Shown piece after piece: positions 27,132 through 34,773 of a stretch of DNA of 64,000 nucleotides. The stretch is from assembly GCA_965212115.1 (NCBI GenBank), contig CBDBUR010000001.1, forward strand, positions 240,596-304,595, written 5' to 3'. The notes below the pieces were generated by a model. It had not been told where the DNA came from, did not search any database, and worked only from the letters and a program-made list of their open reading frames with translations. Position 1 is the stretch's first letter; each line of letters starts with the position of its first letter. The position numbers and the translations under genes were made by a program. This DNA comes from Alphaproteobacteria bacterium. Its GTDB lineage: Bacteria; Pseudomonadota; Alphaproteobacteria; JAPOUT01; G958296285.

Positions 27132-27469
27132 TCAGAGGCGGCCTCGCCACCGCCTGCGTCTGCGCCGCCAAAAGACAAAGAAATCAATCGCGCGACGAGC
27201 TGCATCGCCTCACTGAGGCCGCCTGCGGGCATCATCTGCGCGGCGTCTTCATCGGCGACATCATGCCCGCCGCCGCGCAGCGCGCAGCCGAGCACATGGA
27301 TGATATCGCTTGCGCGGATGCGTCCTTCGCTCAGCCTTTCGGTGAACGCGATGATGTCCTCACCGCTAAGCGCGGCTTCCAATTCGGCGAGAGCGCCCAA
27401 TGTCAGGCAGAGTCTATAGGGTTTGCCCGCTAAGGTCGCCTGAACTTCGCCGCGCCAATGATTAGTCAT
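27080..27469 (-). CDS. GTA g10-like tail assembly chaperone
   Basis: 129 aa beginning MTNHWRGEVQATLAGKPYRLCLTLGALAELEAAL, the typical 'gene transfer agent family protein' N-terminus. It sits between the major tail protein and the TMP. Confidence 0.82.
   Translation of the reverse strand: MTNHWRGEVQATLAGKPYRLCLTLGALAELEAALSGEDIIAFTERLSEGRIRASDIIHVLGCALRGGGHDVADEDAAQMMPAGGLSEAMQLVARLISLSFGGADAGGGEAASEGKLIKTEPSPGDSSSL
27125..27131 (-). promoter_or_regulatory. Candidate -1 programmed ribosomal frameshift slippery heptamer G GGA AAG (g10 into g10.1)
   Basis: The plus strand ctttccc at 27125-27131 gives GGGAAAG on the coding strand. In the g10 zero frame it reads G GGA AAG (X XXY YYZ). The heptamer is identical to the one used at the phage lambda G/GT tail-chaperone shift. 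Confidence 0.65.
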
Positions 27470-27899
27470 CTGCGGCCTCGAAAGCGAGCGCGCCCGCCGA
27501 TTCCAGCGACAACCGCCATGTCACTTCGCCATCATATTCACCGGCATATTCCAAGCCGGTCACTTGGAACTTGCCGTTCACATCATAGAAGTCGGGGATG
27601 TGGATCAGCCATTCGCTGATCGTGCCATTGACAAATTCTTGACGAATTTTGTTATCGGCGTCTTCGTCGCGGAACACGCCTTCGCCTGAGACGCTCATGG
27701 TTTTGAGTCCTGCGCCCGCGAGCAGCTCGCGCCATTGATGGCTTTGACTCGCATTGGATATATCTACTGATGTTGTGTTCAGCGAGATGTTATGAGCGCG
27801 CAGGCCTGCCATCGTCGCATAGACTTTGTCTTCTTCCTGCTCGGTTTCTTCTGAAACGAGAAGCTTGATGAGAATATCCTTGCCTTTTTGAGCGGTCAT
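27462..27899 (-). CDS. GTA g9-like major tail protein (TP901-1 family)
   Basis: 145 aa with the expected position and size. GKDILIKL...ATMAGLRAHNISLNTTSVDISN...SVSGEGVF is typical of phage major tail proteins of this family. Confidence 0.82.
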   Translation of the reverse strand: MTAQKGKDILIKLLVSEETEQEEDKVYATMAGLRAHNISLNTTSVDISNASQSHQWRELLAGAGLKTMSVSGEGVFRDEDADNKIRQEFVNGTISEWLIHIPDFYDVNGKFQVTGLEYAGEYDGEVTWRLSLESAGALAFEAADD

Positions 27900-28306
27900 A
27901 TTATTTCTCCTTTATTTTGTTTGGGTTCGGTGAGAGCGCGGAAAGTTAACTGTCCGCGCCAAGTTTTGCCATCGCTGACAGACTGCCAGCGCATTTCGGT
28001 GATCGTCAACAAGATGAGCTGGTGGCCTTCAACAGATAAAGAGCGCGCCGCGAGCACATTGTGAATTTCTTCGACGATTTCTTTAGTCTCGCTGATACCG
28101 TCATGCTGCGAGAAAACAAAGACATGACATTGATGGTCATGGCGGTTGATCTGATCGACGCCTTCAATGAGCGCACGGCCTTCGCCGATCGTCACATAGG
28201 GAAAGACAGCATCGGACGGCGCGCCATCATAGACGGCGATATTATTCAAGGTGCTGCTCAATCTTTGATGCAGCGCTTTTTGCAAGGCTAAAGAGGCGGG
28301 TTGCAT
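27896..28306 (-). CDS. GTA g8-like tail completion/terminator protein (DUF3168)
   Basis: LQKALHQRLSS...VYDGAPSDAVFPYVTIGEG is the DUF3168 pattern. The ATG at 28304-28306 overlaps the g7 stop (TAATG). Confidence 0.78.
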   Translation of the reverse strand: MQPASLALQKALHQRLSSTLNNIAVYDGAPSDAVFPYVTIGEGRALIEGVDQINRHDHQCHVFVFSQHDGISETKEIVEEIHNVLAARSLSVEGHQLILLTITEMRWQSVSDGKTWRGQLTFRALTEPKQNKGEII

Positions 28307-28653
28307 TATGCTTTCGCCTGCCGTTCGCGCAGATCTTCCTCGCAGATGCAAGTAAGAAAGCGCTTCGTGCCAGTCTGATCGAGCACGGAGAGGATATTGA
28401 ACACTCTTTGGCTATCAACTTTAGCTTCAACGAATCGCATTAAAGGCGTCAAATCTTTGCGCCAGCGCAAAGTGATGCGCGTTCTTGTTTTGCTCGCGAG
28501 ACTTTCGGCGAAGCTTTCCTGCGCGCCGGATATATCACGCAGATCGGCCCAGATTTTAGCGACTTCGTGCCAAGTGCGATTTTGTCCGCCGGTTCCATCG
28601 GCGGTGAGAGTCGGCGCCTGCAAAATAAGACGATGCCGCAAGCGCCCGATCAT
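28306..28653 (-). CDS. GTA g7-like head-tail adaptor / head closure protein
   Basis: 115 aa, MIGRLRHRLILQAPTLTADGTGGQNRTWHEVAKIWADL, the SPP1 gp16/HK97 gp10-like head-tail joining motif. Confidence 0.82.
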   Translation of the reverse strand: MIGRLRHRLILQAPTLTADGTGGQNRTWHEVAKIWADLRDISGAQESFAESLASKTRTRITLRWRKDLTPLMRFVEAKVDSQRVFNILSVLDQTGTKRFLTCICEEDLRERQAKA

Positions 28654-29186
28654 AATCTCACATTCCGATAGGGGGCGAGCAAAGCGGCGACCGATTTCGG
28701 CACGGCGCTGCCCATCAAAGAGGTGTTGCCGCGATTTTCAAACCAATAAGCTGTCAACTGCAAGATCGCCTGCGTCAAAGGCGCGGGCACATCGGCGGCG
28801 GCGGCATAGCCTGCGACAAAGGCCACTTCAGCGCGATGAACCGAAGCTAGCAGCTTCACTTTGATCGTTTCACCGCGCGCCTCGGCAATATAAGCATTTG
28901 CAGCGAGAGAGGTCGGCGTGTCATCAGGATCAAAAACCATGACCTCAGCGATGGACTTCGTCGGCTTGAGCGGCAGTTCATAAAACCCTGAGGGCTCGTC
29001 CAAATGAAACAGCCATGTCTGCTCGATCAAAGCGCGGCCGGTGCGCGCTTCAACCATCAAGCGCGCTGCGGTGATCAGTGAATTGATCAGCCCTTCCTCA
29101 TCGTTGTCATCGATGCGCAGATGGGCTTTGGCCTGATCCAAACTGACCGGCTCGATTGCCGGTCCGGTTTTGAGTGAAAGAAACAT
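28650..29186 (-). CDS. GTA g6-like head-tail connector (phage gp6-like)
   Basis: PVSLDQAKAHLRIDDNDEEGLINSLITAARLMVEARTGRAL is the gp6-like connector signature. I prefer the ATG at 29186 (GGAG upstream) over the TTG at 29207 used in the track, which lies inside a hairpin. Confidence 0.8.
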   Translation of the reverse strand: MFLSLKTGPAIEPVSLDQAKAHLRIDDNDEEGLINSLITAARLMVEARTGRALIEQTWLFHLDEPSGFYELPLKPTKSIAEVMVFDPDDTPTSLAANAYIAEARGETIKVKLLASVHRAEVAFVAGYAAAADVPAPLTQAILQLTAYWFENRGNTSLMGSAVPKSVAALLAPYRNVRL

Positions 29187-29205
29187 TGTAAAAATTTTCT
29201 CCGTC

Positions 29206-29238
29206 AAATGCCCGTCCGCGCAGAACGGACGGGCATTT
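29206..29238 (-). terminator. Perfect 13-bp stem-loop between the capsid gene g5 and g6 (candidate intrinsic terminator or attenuator)
   Basis: aaatgcccgtccg (29206-29218), loop cgcagaa, cggacgggcattt (29226-29238). On the transcribed strand the stem ends in UUU and is followed by GACGGAGAAAAUUUUU. Confidence 0.55.
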
Positions 29239-29264
29239 CGTTAGATGCGTTCATCAGACGGCCT

Positions 29265-30569
29265 TTAGGACACGACGCATTTGAGCAATTTGATCGCATT
29301 GTGATCTGTGACGCCGCCGCCAATAGTTTTCGTCGTATAGAAAACCACATTCGGCTTGCTTGAATAAGGATCACGCAAGATTCGCATATCCATGCGATCG
29401 GCAATCAGATAGCCGCGCTGCCAATTGCCAAAGGCCAGAGGATAAGCAAAATTATCAGTGTTCTCCATGCTGTCTTTGTTCGGCATGACCTCAACTTCAA
29501 CGACGGGATAATCAAGCAAAGTCGCAGGCGCGCCGGGCTGAGTCGGCGGCTGCCAGAGCAGATTATTATTGCCATCGGTCCAGCCGCGAATGGCGGCGAT
29601 GCTTGTTTTGTTCATGAGCCAGCTCGCATCAGTGCGGTAGGCCGCCTTGAGCGCATAAACGACTTCAAGCAGCTTCGTCATTTTAGCCTCATCACTTACG
29701 GGCCAATTCTTGTTGGCACCGCTTGCGATATAGCCGATCTGGTCATTCGTCAAACTGCTGTCGTGCGCGGCGATGACCTCGCGCAGGAAGCCCTTTGGCG
29801 ATGGCGGGACGCTGCCCTTGCCTTTGACAAAAGCATCAGTTTCGTTTTCAGCAAAGCCGATATAGATTTCATCAGCGAGCCATTTTTCCAGATCAATGGC
29901 GCTGTCATCCAACAAGCTCTGCGTCGCGACGGGCTTGGCGACCAGTCGGCCAAAACTGAAATCGCGTTCAGCAAAACTGCCACTGGCATCAGAGATGCTG
30001 CCATCTACAGCGTCTGACTCTGCCCATATGACGCCCGGGGCTCCGCCTGACAAGATCTTCCTGAACGATGTTGTTGACACTTGCTGCACCGCTGCGAGCC
30101 GACGCAGAGGCGAAGTGTGCGCGAGTCGATCGGCGACAGCGACCATCACTGCCTCAGGCACGATGTAGCCGCCCGACGATGCTGCTGTTGTCAAAGCTTT
30201 GCTTTCGAAGCTCTCGAGGCTGCTTGTGATGCCTTTGCGTAGATAGTCATCAAAGGCGGCTTTATGTTCGCGCTCGGCGGATCCGACATAGCTGTCGAGT
30301 TCAGGGCGCTGCTGCGCGAGCGAGAAATCGTCGAGCACTTTTTGATGAATGTCCAGCGTCTCATTGAGGCGGTGGATTTTCTCTTCGGTGACGGCGTCGG
30401 AGGACAGTCGGCGATCGATTTGCGCGAGGCGCTCATTATTGGCCTGTTTGAAGGCTTCAAAGGCGCGCATCAGCTCGTCGAGCGCGTGGCGAACTTCATG
30501 GGTATCATGAGCGTCGGTGCCGAGCGCTTTGGTTTCACGGTTAGGGTTGGGGGAAGTTTCGGAATTCAT
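29265..30569 (-). CDS. GTA g5-like major capsid protein (HK97 family)
   Basis: 434 aa. An N-terminal delta/scaffold-like coiled coil is followed by the HK97-fold region (GGYIVPE..., FGNWQRGYLIADR). It follows the prohead protease. Confidence 0.9.
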   Translation of the reverse strand: MNSETSPNPNRETKALGTDAHDTHEVRHALDELMRAFEAFKQANNERLAQIDRRLSSDAVTEEKIHRLNETLDIHQKVLDDFSLAQQRPELDSYVGSAEREHKAAFDDYLRKGITSSLESFESKALTTAASSGGYIVPEAVMVAVADRLAHTSPLRRLAAVQQVSTTSFRKILSGGAPGVIWAESDAVDGSISDASGSFAERDFSFGRLVAKPVATQSLLDDSAIDLEKWLADEIYIGFAENETDAFVKGKGSVPPSPKGFLREVIAAHDSSLTNDQIGYIASGANKNWPVSDEAKMTKLLEVVYALKAAYRTDASWLMNKTSIAAIRGWTDGNNNLLWQPPTQPGAPATLLDYPVVEVEVMPNKDSMENTDNFAYPLAFGNWQRGYLIADRMDMRILRDPYSSKPNVVFYTTKTIGGGVTDHNAIKLLKCVVS

Positions 30570-30584
30570 AGTGTTTCTCCTTTT

Positions 30585-31148
30585 CTAGTTTCCGATGGGG
30601 GGTAAAGGGTGAGATGAGAGATGTCGCGCTGCGTGGCGCAGTTTTTGCGCGAGGTTCAAAGACGAGTCTTGAGGCTGACGGGGAGTCTGACGGGGAGCTA
30701 GGCGCCCGACCCGCGCCTGCGGATGCATGGGAAACGTAACGATAGAAATTTCAACGAGATCGATCTCATGGACGATGCGCACACCGCGCTGCCGCGAAGC
30801 GCCGGATTGGATCGTGCGAAAGCCGATCGATAGGCCGTCGATCGCGCCGACATTCATGAGCTTCCAAACATCATGAGCGCGCTCGACCTCAAGCAGCAGG
30901 CGGCCTTCGACCCAAAGACCTTGTCCGTCCTCTTTGAGTCTGTGCCAGACTCCGATTGGCTGTGCTGCCTCGTGCTGGTAGAGCATGCGCACACGTTTTG
31001 TGCCGCGCCGGTGCAGCGAACGAGCAAAAGCCCCTGGCATGATCACATCATGCGCTAAATCTGGGCTGTTAAAAATACTCGCATAGCCGCGAAACAAACC
31101 TGTCCGCTCTGGCTTAAGAGACAGTTCAAAAGAGGGTTCAAGATTCAT
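30585..31148 (-). CDS. GTA g4-like prohead protease (HK97 family)
   Basis: FRGYASIFNSPDLAHDVIMPGAF...MLYQHEAAQPIGVW...LSIGF is the HK97 prohead protease pattern. Confidence 0.88.
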   Translation of the reverse strand: MNLEPSFELSLKPERTGLFRGYASIFNSPDLAHDVIMPGAFARSLHRRGTKRVRMLYQHEAAQPIGVWHRLKEDGQGLWVEGRLLLEVERAHDVWKLMNVGAIDGLSIGFRTIQSGASRQRGVRIVHEIDLVEISIVTFPMHPQARVGRLAPRQTPRQPQDSSLNLAQKLRHAARHLSSHPLPPIGN

Positions 31149-31414
31149 TTTCCTGCCCTTTTTTCAGCGTGGAGCAGATCTATTTGGCGCTCGATGCGCT
31201 GGAGACTCGCGCGCGTAAACGAGCTGTTTTCCTCAAGCCGCGCGATGCGCTCGCCGATCTCGGCGACGAACAGAGTGTTCCGCTCGATGTGATTGATCCG
31301 CTGCGTGATCTGTCCGATCCAGACAAGCACGCCCGCGCTCTGCAAAATGATCGCGACAACAATCGCGAGCGGCACACGGCGATCTAAATACCAGCTTTGT
31401 TCGGTTAAATTCAT
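31145..31414 (-). CDS. GTA g3.5-like small membrane/coiled-coil protein
   Basis: 89 aa from MNLTEQSWYLDRRVPLAIVVAIILQSAGVLVWIG: one TM helix followed by a coiled coil. The position between portal and protease matches RcGTA g3.5. Confidence 0.65.
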   Translation of the reverse strand: MNLTEQSWYLDRRVPLAIVVAIILQSAGVLVWIGQITQRINHIERNTLFVAEIGERIARLEENSSFTRASLQRIERQIDLLHAEKRAGK

Positions 31415-31418
31415 AAAA

Positions 31419-32633
31419 TTATATCTGCGCTGGATTCCGCGCTGAAGACACTTGATGATTGGCGAGCTCGTCGCCGCGCGCGACAGGCTCATAGCCGACT
31501 GCGGCGCGCTTTTCGTTGATTGTCAGGAAGTCGGACGAAGCGATGCGCGCCCATAAAGATTCACGTTCGTTGGCTAAAGCAGCGACGCGGTCGACATCAA
31601 AAGACAAGCGCAGCCTGCGGTCAAAGCGCGGCGCGAGCCATTGCGTCAATGTTGCTGCGGTGCGCGTCACGAGCGGCAGGATCGTCTGACGCCAGAATGT
31701 TCGATTAGCTTCGGCATAATTGGTGAACGTGTTATCGCCGGGGATGCCGAGCAGCATCGGCGGCACGCCAAAAGCGAGCGCAATTTCACGTGCTGCCACA
31801 TGTTTCGTATCGATGAAATCCATGTCGCGCGGCGAATGACCCATGCTTGTCCATTCGAGTCCGCCTTCGAGCAATAAAGGCCGCCCGGCATTGCCTGCGC
31901 CTTGATAATTTTCTTCAAGCTCCTGCTTCAAGCGCTCAAACTGATCTTGAGTCAAGTTTGGCGCGCCGTCAGGCCCTTTATAAACAAGCGCCCCTGAAGG
32001 CCGCGCCGAATTATCCAGCAAAGCCTTGCTCCAAGAGCCCGCCGCATTATGAATGTCAATGCCATAAGCGGCAGCCTCCATCGGGCTCATGCCATAATAA
32101 TCATTGATCGGGTGAAAAAGACGCATATGTAAAATCGGCGCGAGGTTTTTTGCGTCGCGTCCGGGGTAGATCATCTGCCGCCCGCCGACGCGATATTCGT
32201 AAGCCGACGGCCAGCCGCGCTTATCCGGCACGACCCTCATCCGATCCGGACGCAGCACATGCAACTCGCGACGCGACGCGCTAACTTCAACGATCTCCAA
32301 ATAGCCATTGCCCGAAAGCTGCAAATGCCCATACCAATTTTCCATCAGATCAACGCCGCTCTGGCTGCTATTGGGGCGGCGGAGCAGATCCAGCATAGGA
32401 TGTTCGAACATCTCGGCCTTATTCTCATAAAGCAGCCAAGGGACATTGGCCGCAGCCTCCGCGATCATGCGCACACAGCGATAAACGATCGCGTTGCGCA
32501 TGAAGCCCTCGCGCGCGAGAGCCTCTATATTGCGCGGCGTCCAGACCGGTCGGCCTTGCACATGCAGCGCCACAAGGCGTTCAGCGCGTCCGGCTTTTCG
32601 TTCCGGCGCGGCGTTAAATGGCCAAAGTTTCAT
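31419..32633 (-). CDS. GTA g3-like portal protein (HK97 family)
   Basis: 404 aa with the expected size and position. Typical portal sequence is present (NAIVYRCVRMIAEAAANVPW, GNGYLE, FGVPPMLLG). Confidence 0.9.
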   Translation of the reverse strand: MKLWPFNAAPERKAGRAERLVALHVQGRPVWTPRNIEALAREGFMRNAIVYRCVRMIAEAAANVPWLLYENKAEMFEHPMLDLLRRPNSSQSGVDLMENWYGHLQLSGNGYLEIVEVSASRRELHVLRPDRMRVVPDKRGWPSAYEYRVGGRQMIYPGRDAKNLAPILHMRLFHPINDYYGMSPMEAAAYGIDIHNAAGSWSKALLDNSARPSGALVYKGPDGAPNLTQDQFERLKQELEENYQGAGNAGRPLLLEGGLEWTSMGHSPRDMDFIDTKHVAAREIALAFGVPPMLLGIPGDNTFTNYAEANRTFWRQTILPLVTRTAATLTQWLAPRFDRRLRLSFDVDRVAALANERESLWARIASSDFLTINEKRAAVGYEPVARGDELANHQVSSARNPAQI

Positions 32634-32650
32634 AATTGATATCCTTCAGG

Positions 32651-34039
32651 TTAGATTCTTCTTAGACGCGCGAGCGCGCTCGCGCCGCTGAGCATTAAGT
32701 TGGTGATCGCCCAGACGAGCGCATCGAGTCGGTCGGGGCTTTGCTCATGAGCTCCGCCGGTGAACGAGCACATCTGATCTTCAAGCTGCGTCAAAGCGCC
32801 GACATGGTGGATGCGATTCTGTTCGTAGAGCGCAGCGACCGGCTCGGCGCGCAGACGTTTGCCGCGTGATGCCCGCACCGCGCGAAACGGAATTTGCGGC
32901 GCAATCTGACGAATGACCGTCTCAACCATATCGCCGCCCTGATTAACTTCCGCGACGATCCGATCGGCCTTGTGCATCCGAAAGGCCTGCACCGCGCGCG
33001 ACGCCCATTGCGTCGGCGATAAATCACAGGCCGAATGATCGGCAAGCACATAAGCATGCTTTGGAGCATTGCTCGGCCCCCCCTTCTCACTCTCGCCAAG
33101 TCCGGCAGCGATGATTCCGCATTCGGCGGATTTCTTCGTTCCAGTGATCGGCGGATCAACAGCGATGACGATTCGCGTCAAGTTTTGCGGCGGCTGCTCA
33201 CAGCGGCTGCGATCGATCATCTGACGTGTCCATAGAGAGTCGGGATCATCTTCCATCATTTCGGCATTGAGTTCCTGTCGTCCGAGTCTCGTGCCTTCGT
33301 AGCCGCGAATGATCGAGTCAAAGAATGGCGGCGCGAGATTATTGCGATTGTCATAAGTCGTCGCGCGCGTGATGACATTGTCGGGCGAGGCCATGAGTTT
33401 TTTGAGCAGAGGCATCGCGCGCGGCGTTGTCGTGATCACTTGCTGCGGCCGCTCGCCGAGTCTCAACGCGAATTGCAGCATATTCCATGTTTCATCGGCA
33501 TAGCGCCATTTGCACAGCTCATCGCACCACGCCAAATGGAATTGCGGTCCGCGCAAAGCTTCGGGGTCTTCCGCCGAAAACAATTCGGCGAGCGCGCCAC
33601 TCGGCCAGCGGAGCTGTCGCCGCGAGGACTGAAACACCGGACGCTGATCTTCATGTCCAATGTTCAACAATCCACTTTCGCCTTCCACCATAACGGCGCG
33701 CGCGGCCAAATATGTTTCGCCGATGAGTGCGATACGCAATGAACTCGTCGGGGAATCTCCTGAAGAACCCGCTGCGGCGCTGTCGGAGGCTGCCGCGTGG
33801 ATCCATTCGGCGCCGGCGCGGGTTTTGCCCGCGCCGCGTCCGCCGAGGATGATCCAGCTTGTCCAGTCGCGCAAGCTCGATCGCGGCGGAAGCTGGTCCA
33901 AACGTGCCCAGAGCGGCCAATAGGCCATGATCCATTCTGCTTCTTCATAATTGAGGCTTTTTAGAAATGTTTGTCTCTGCTGGTCTGTCAATGAGCCGAG
34001 CCAGTCTTTGCTCAAGGCGTTGGTGTATGGCGTTGTCAT
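32651..34039 (-). CDS. GTA g2-like large terminase
   Basis: WIILGGRGAGKTRAGAEW (Walker A), and a C-terminal nuclease region with AHEQSPDRLDALVWA. The start is uncertain (34081 or 34039), and either choice overlaps g1 in another frame. Confidence 0.88.
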   Translation of the reverse strand: MTTPYTNALSKDWLGSLTDQQRQTFLKSLNYEEAEWIMAYWPLWARLDQLPPRSSLRDWTSWIILGGRGAGKTRAGAEWIHAAASDSAAAGSSGDSPTSSLRIALIGETYLAARAVMVEGESGLLNIGHEDQRPVFQSSRRQLRWPSGALAELFSAEDPEALRGPQFHLAWCDELCKWRYADETWNMLQFALRLGERPQQVITTTPRAMPLLKKLMASPDNVITRATTYDNRNNLAPPFFDSIIRGYEGTRLGRQELNAEMMEDDPDSLWTRQMIDRSRCEQPPQNLTRIVIAVDPPITGTKKSAECGIIAAGLGESEKGGPSNAPKHAYVLADHSACDLSPTQWASRAVQAFRMHKADRIVAEVNQGGDMVETVIRQIAPQIPFRAVRASRGKRLRAEPVAALYEQNRIHHVGALTQLEDQMCSFTGGAHEQSPDRLDALVWAITNLMLSGASALARLRRI

Positions 34040-34265
34040 TGCTCTGCCTTGAACGAGCGGGCTTGGTGATAAATTGTTCAATTTGTATCAGTTTCTCCAA
34101 AGTTCGCGCGAGGGTGCCAAAGACGCGCGCGTCGCGCTCTCGGTGTTCAAATCGGTAATCCTTATGCGCGAGGCTGTTTTCGATTGCATCAAAGTAGCGC
34201 TCGAGCAGGGCATGAATGCGCTGCAAAAGCTCGTCCAGATGCGCTGTATCGCTAAAGTTTGACAA
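33945..34265 (-). CDS. GTA g1-like small protein (putative small terminase/regulator)
   Basis: 106-aa helical, charged ORF at the head of the cluster. It has a TTG start without an obvious Shine-Dalgarno. The assignment rests on position and size only. Confidence 0.55.
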   Translation of the reverse strand: MSNFSDTAHLDELLQRIHALLERYFDAIENSLAHKDYRFEHRERDARVFGTLARTLEKLIQIEQFITKPARSRQSNDNAIHQRLEQRLARLIDRPAETNISKKPQL

Positions 34266-34300
34266 CAGAAAATAATTTCAATATGCAATATAAGGGGATC

Positions 34301-34330
34301 GCATCGGGAGATAGGGGGATCTCCCGATGC
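34301..34330. promoter_or_regulatory. Perfect 12-bp inverted repeat in the divergent GTA g1 / sulfite-reductase control region
   Basis: gcatcgggagat (34301-34312), loop aggggg, atctcccgatgc (34319-34330). It lies 35 nt upstream of the g1 start codon. Confidence 0.6.
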
Positions 34331-34422
34331 TTTCTCCGGCAGATGTAGTGGAGATGGGATCACACCGCCGCGCTGTCAACCGAGGATATCTTGAAAGGGC
34401 GCAATTAAAGCGACACATCAAA

Positions 34423-34743
34423 ATGGCACAACATACTCGCAAAAACGCTGCGCTGCAGGCGGTGACCGCCAACAGATTGATTGACGGCGTCGTAGTTTAT
34501 CTGTCATCATCGGGGAAGTGGTCGGAGTCTCTTGCTGATGCGGCTTTCGGCGATGAAGACGTCGCACAGGCGCTGCTTGCTCAAGGCGAGGCAAGTGCTG
34601 CAAAGCAGGAAATCGTCGAGCCTTATCTGTTTGAGGTCACCGCCGACAAAAACACGCCGAAGCCAGTCAGCGAACGGGAGTATATTCGCGCCAAAGGCCC
34701 GACTGTGCGTCTTGATCTCGGCAAGCAGGCCGAAGGAAAATAA
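34423..34743 (+). CDS. DUF2849 domain protein (accessory to sulfite reductase)
   Basis: MAQHTRKNAALQAVTANRLIDGVVVYLSSSGKWSE... is typical of the DUF2849 gene found upstream of cysI in alphaproteobacteria. The track start at 34327 lies inside the hairpin, so I rejected it. Confidence 0.7.
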   Translation: MAQHTRKNAALQAVTANRLIDGVVVYLSSSGKWSESLADAAFGDEDVAQALLAQGEASAAKQEIVEPYLFEVTADKNTPKPVSEREYIRAKGPTVRLDLGKQAEGK

Positions 34744-34773
34744 CTGGAGCTTGAATGAGGAGCTTGAAGAAAA

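Larger units (their letters stand above)
20033..34265 (-). mobile_element. RcGTA-like gene transfer agent (GTA) head-tail structural cluster, g1 to g15 plus DUF2793. It appears intact, with no frameshifts or premature stops seen.
   Basis: About 14 kb, co-linear on a single strand, in the order small protein, TerL, portal, g3.5, HK97 protease, HK97 capsid, adaptors, major tail, chaperones, short TMP, DUF2460, DUF2163, NlpC/P60, 1300-aa g15. It lacks integrase, replication, lysogeny and lysis genes. This is the hallmark of alphaproteobacterial GTAs. Confidence 0.9.

Noticed and set aside
34327-34422. Upstream ATG start for the DUF2849 ORF
   Set aside because: This ATG lies within the 3' arm of the 12-bp perfect hairpin, and the added 32 residues are not part of the conserved family. 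I preferred the ATG at 34423 (MAQHTRKN).
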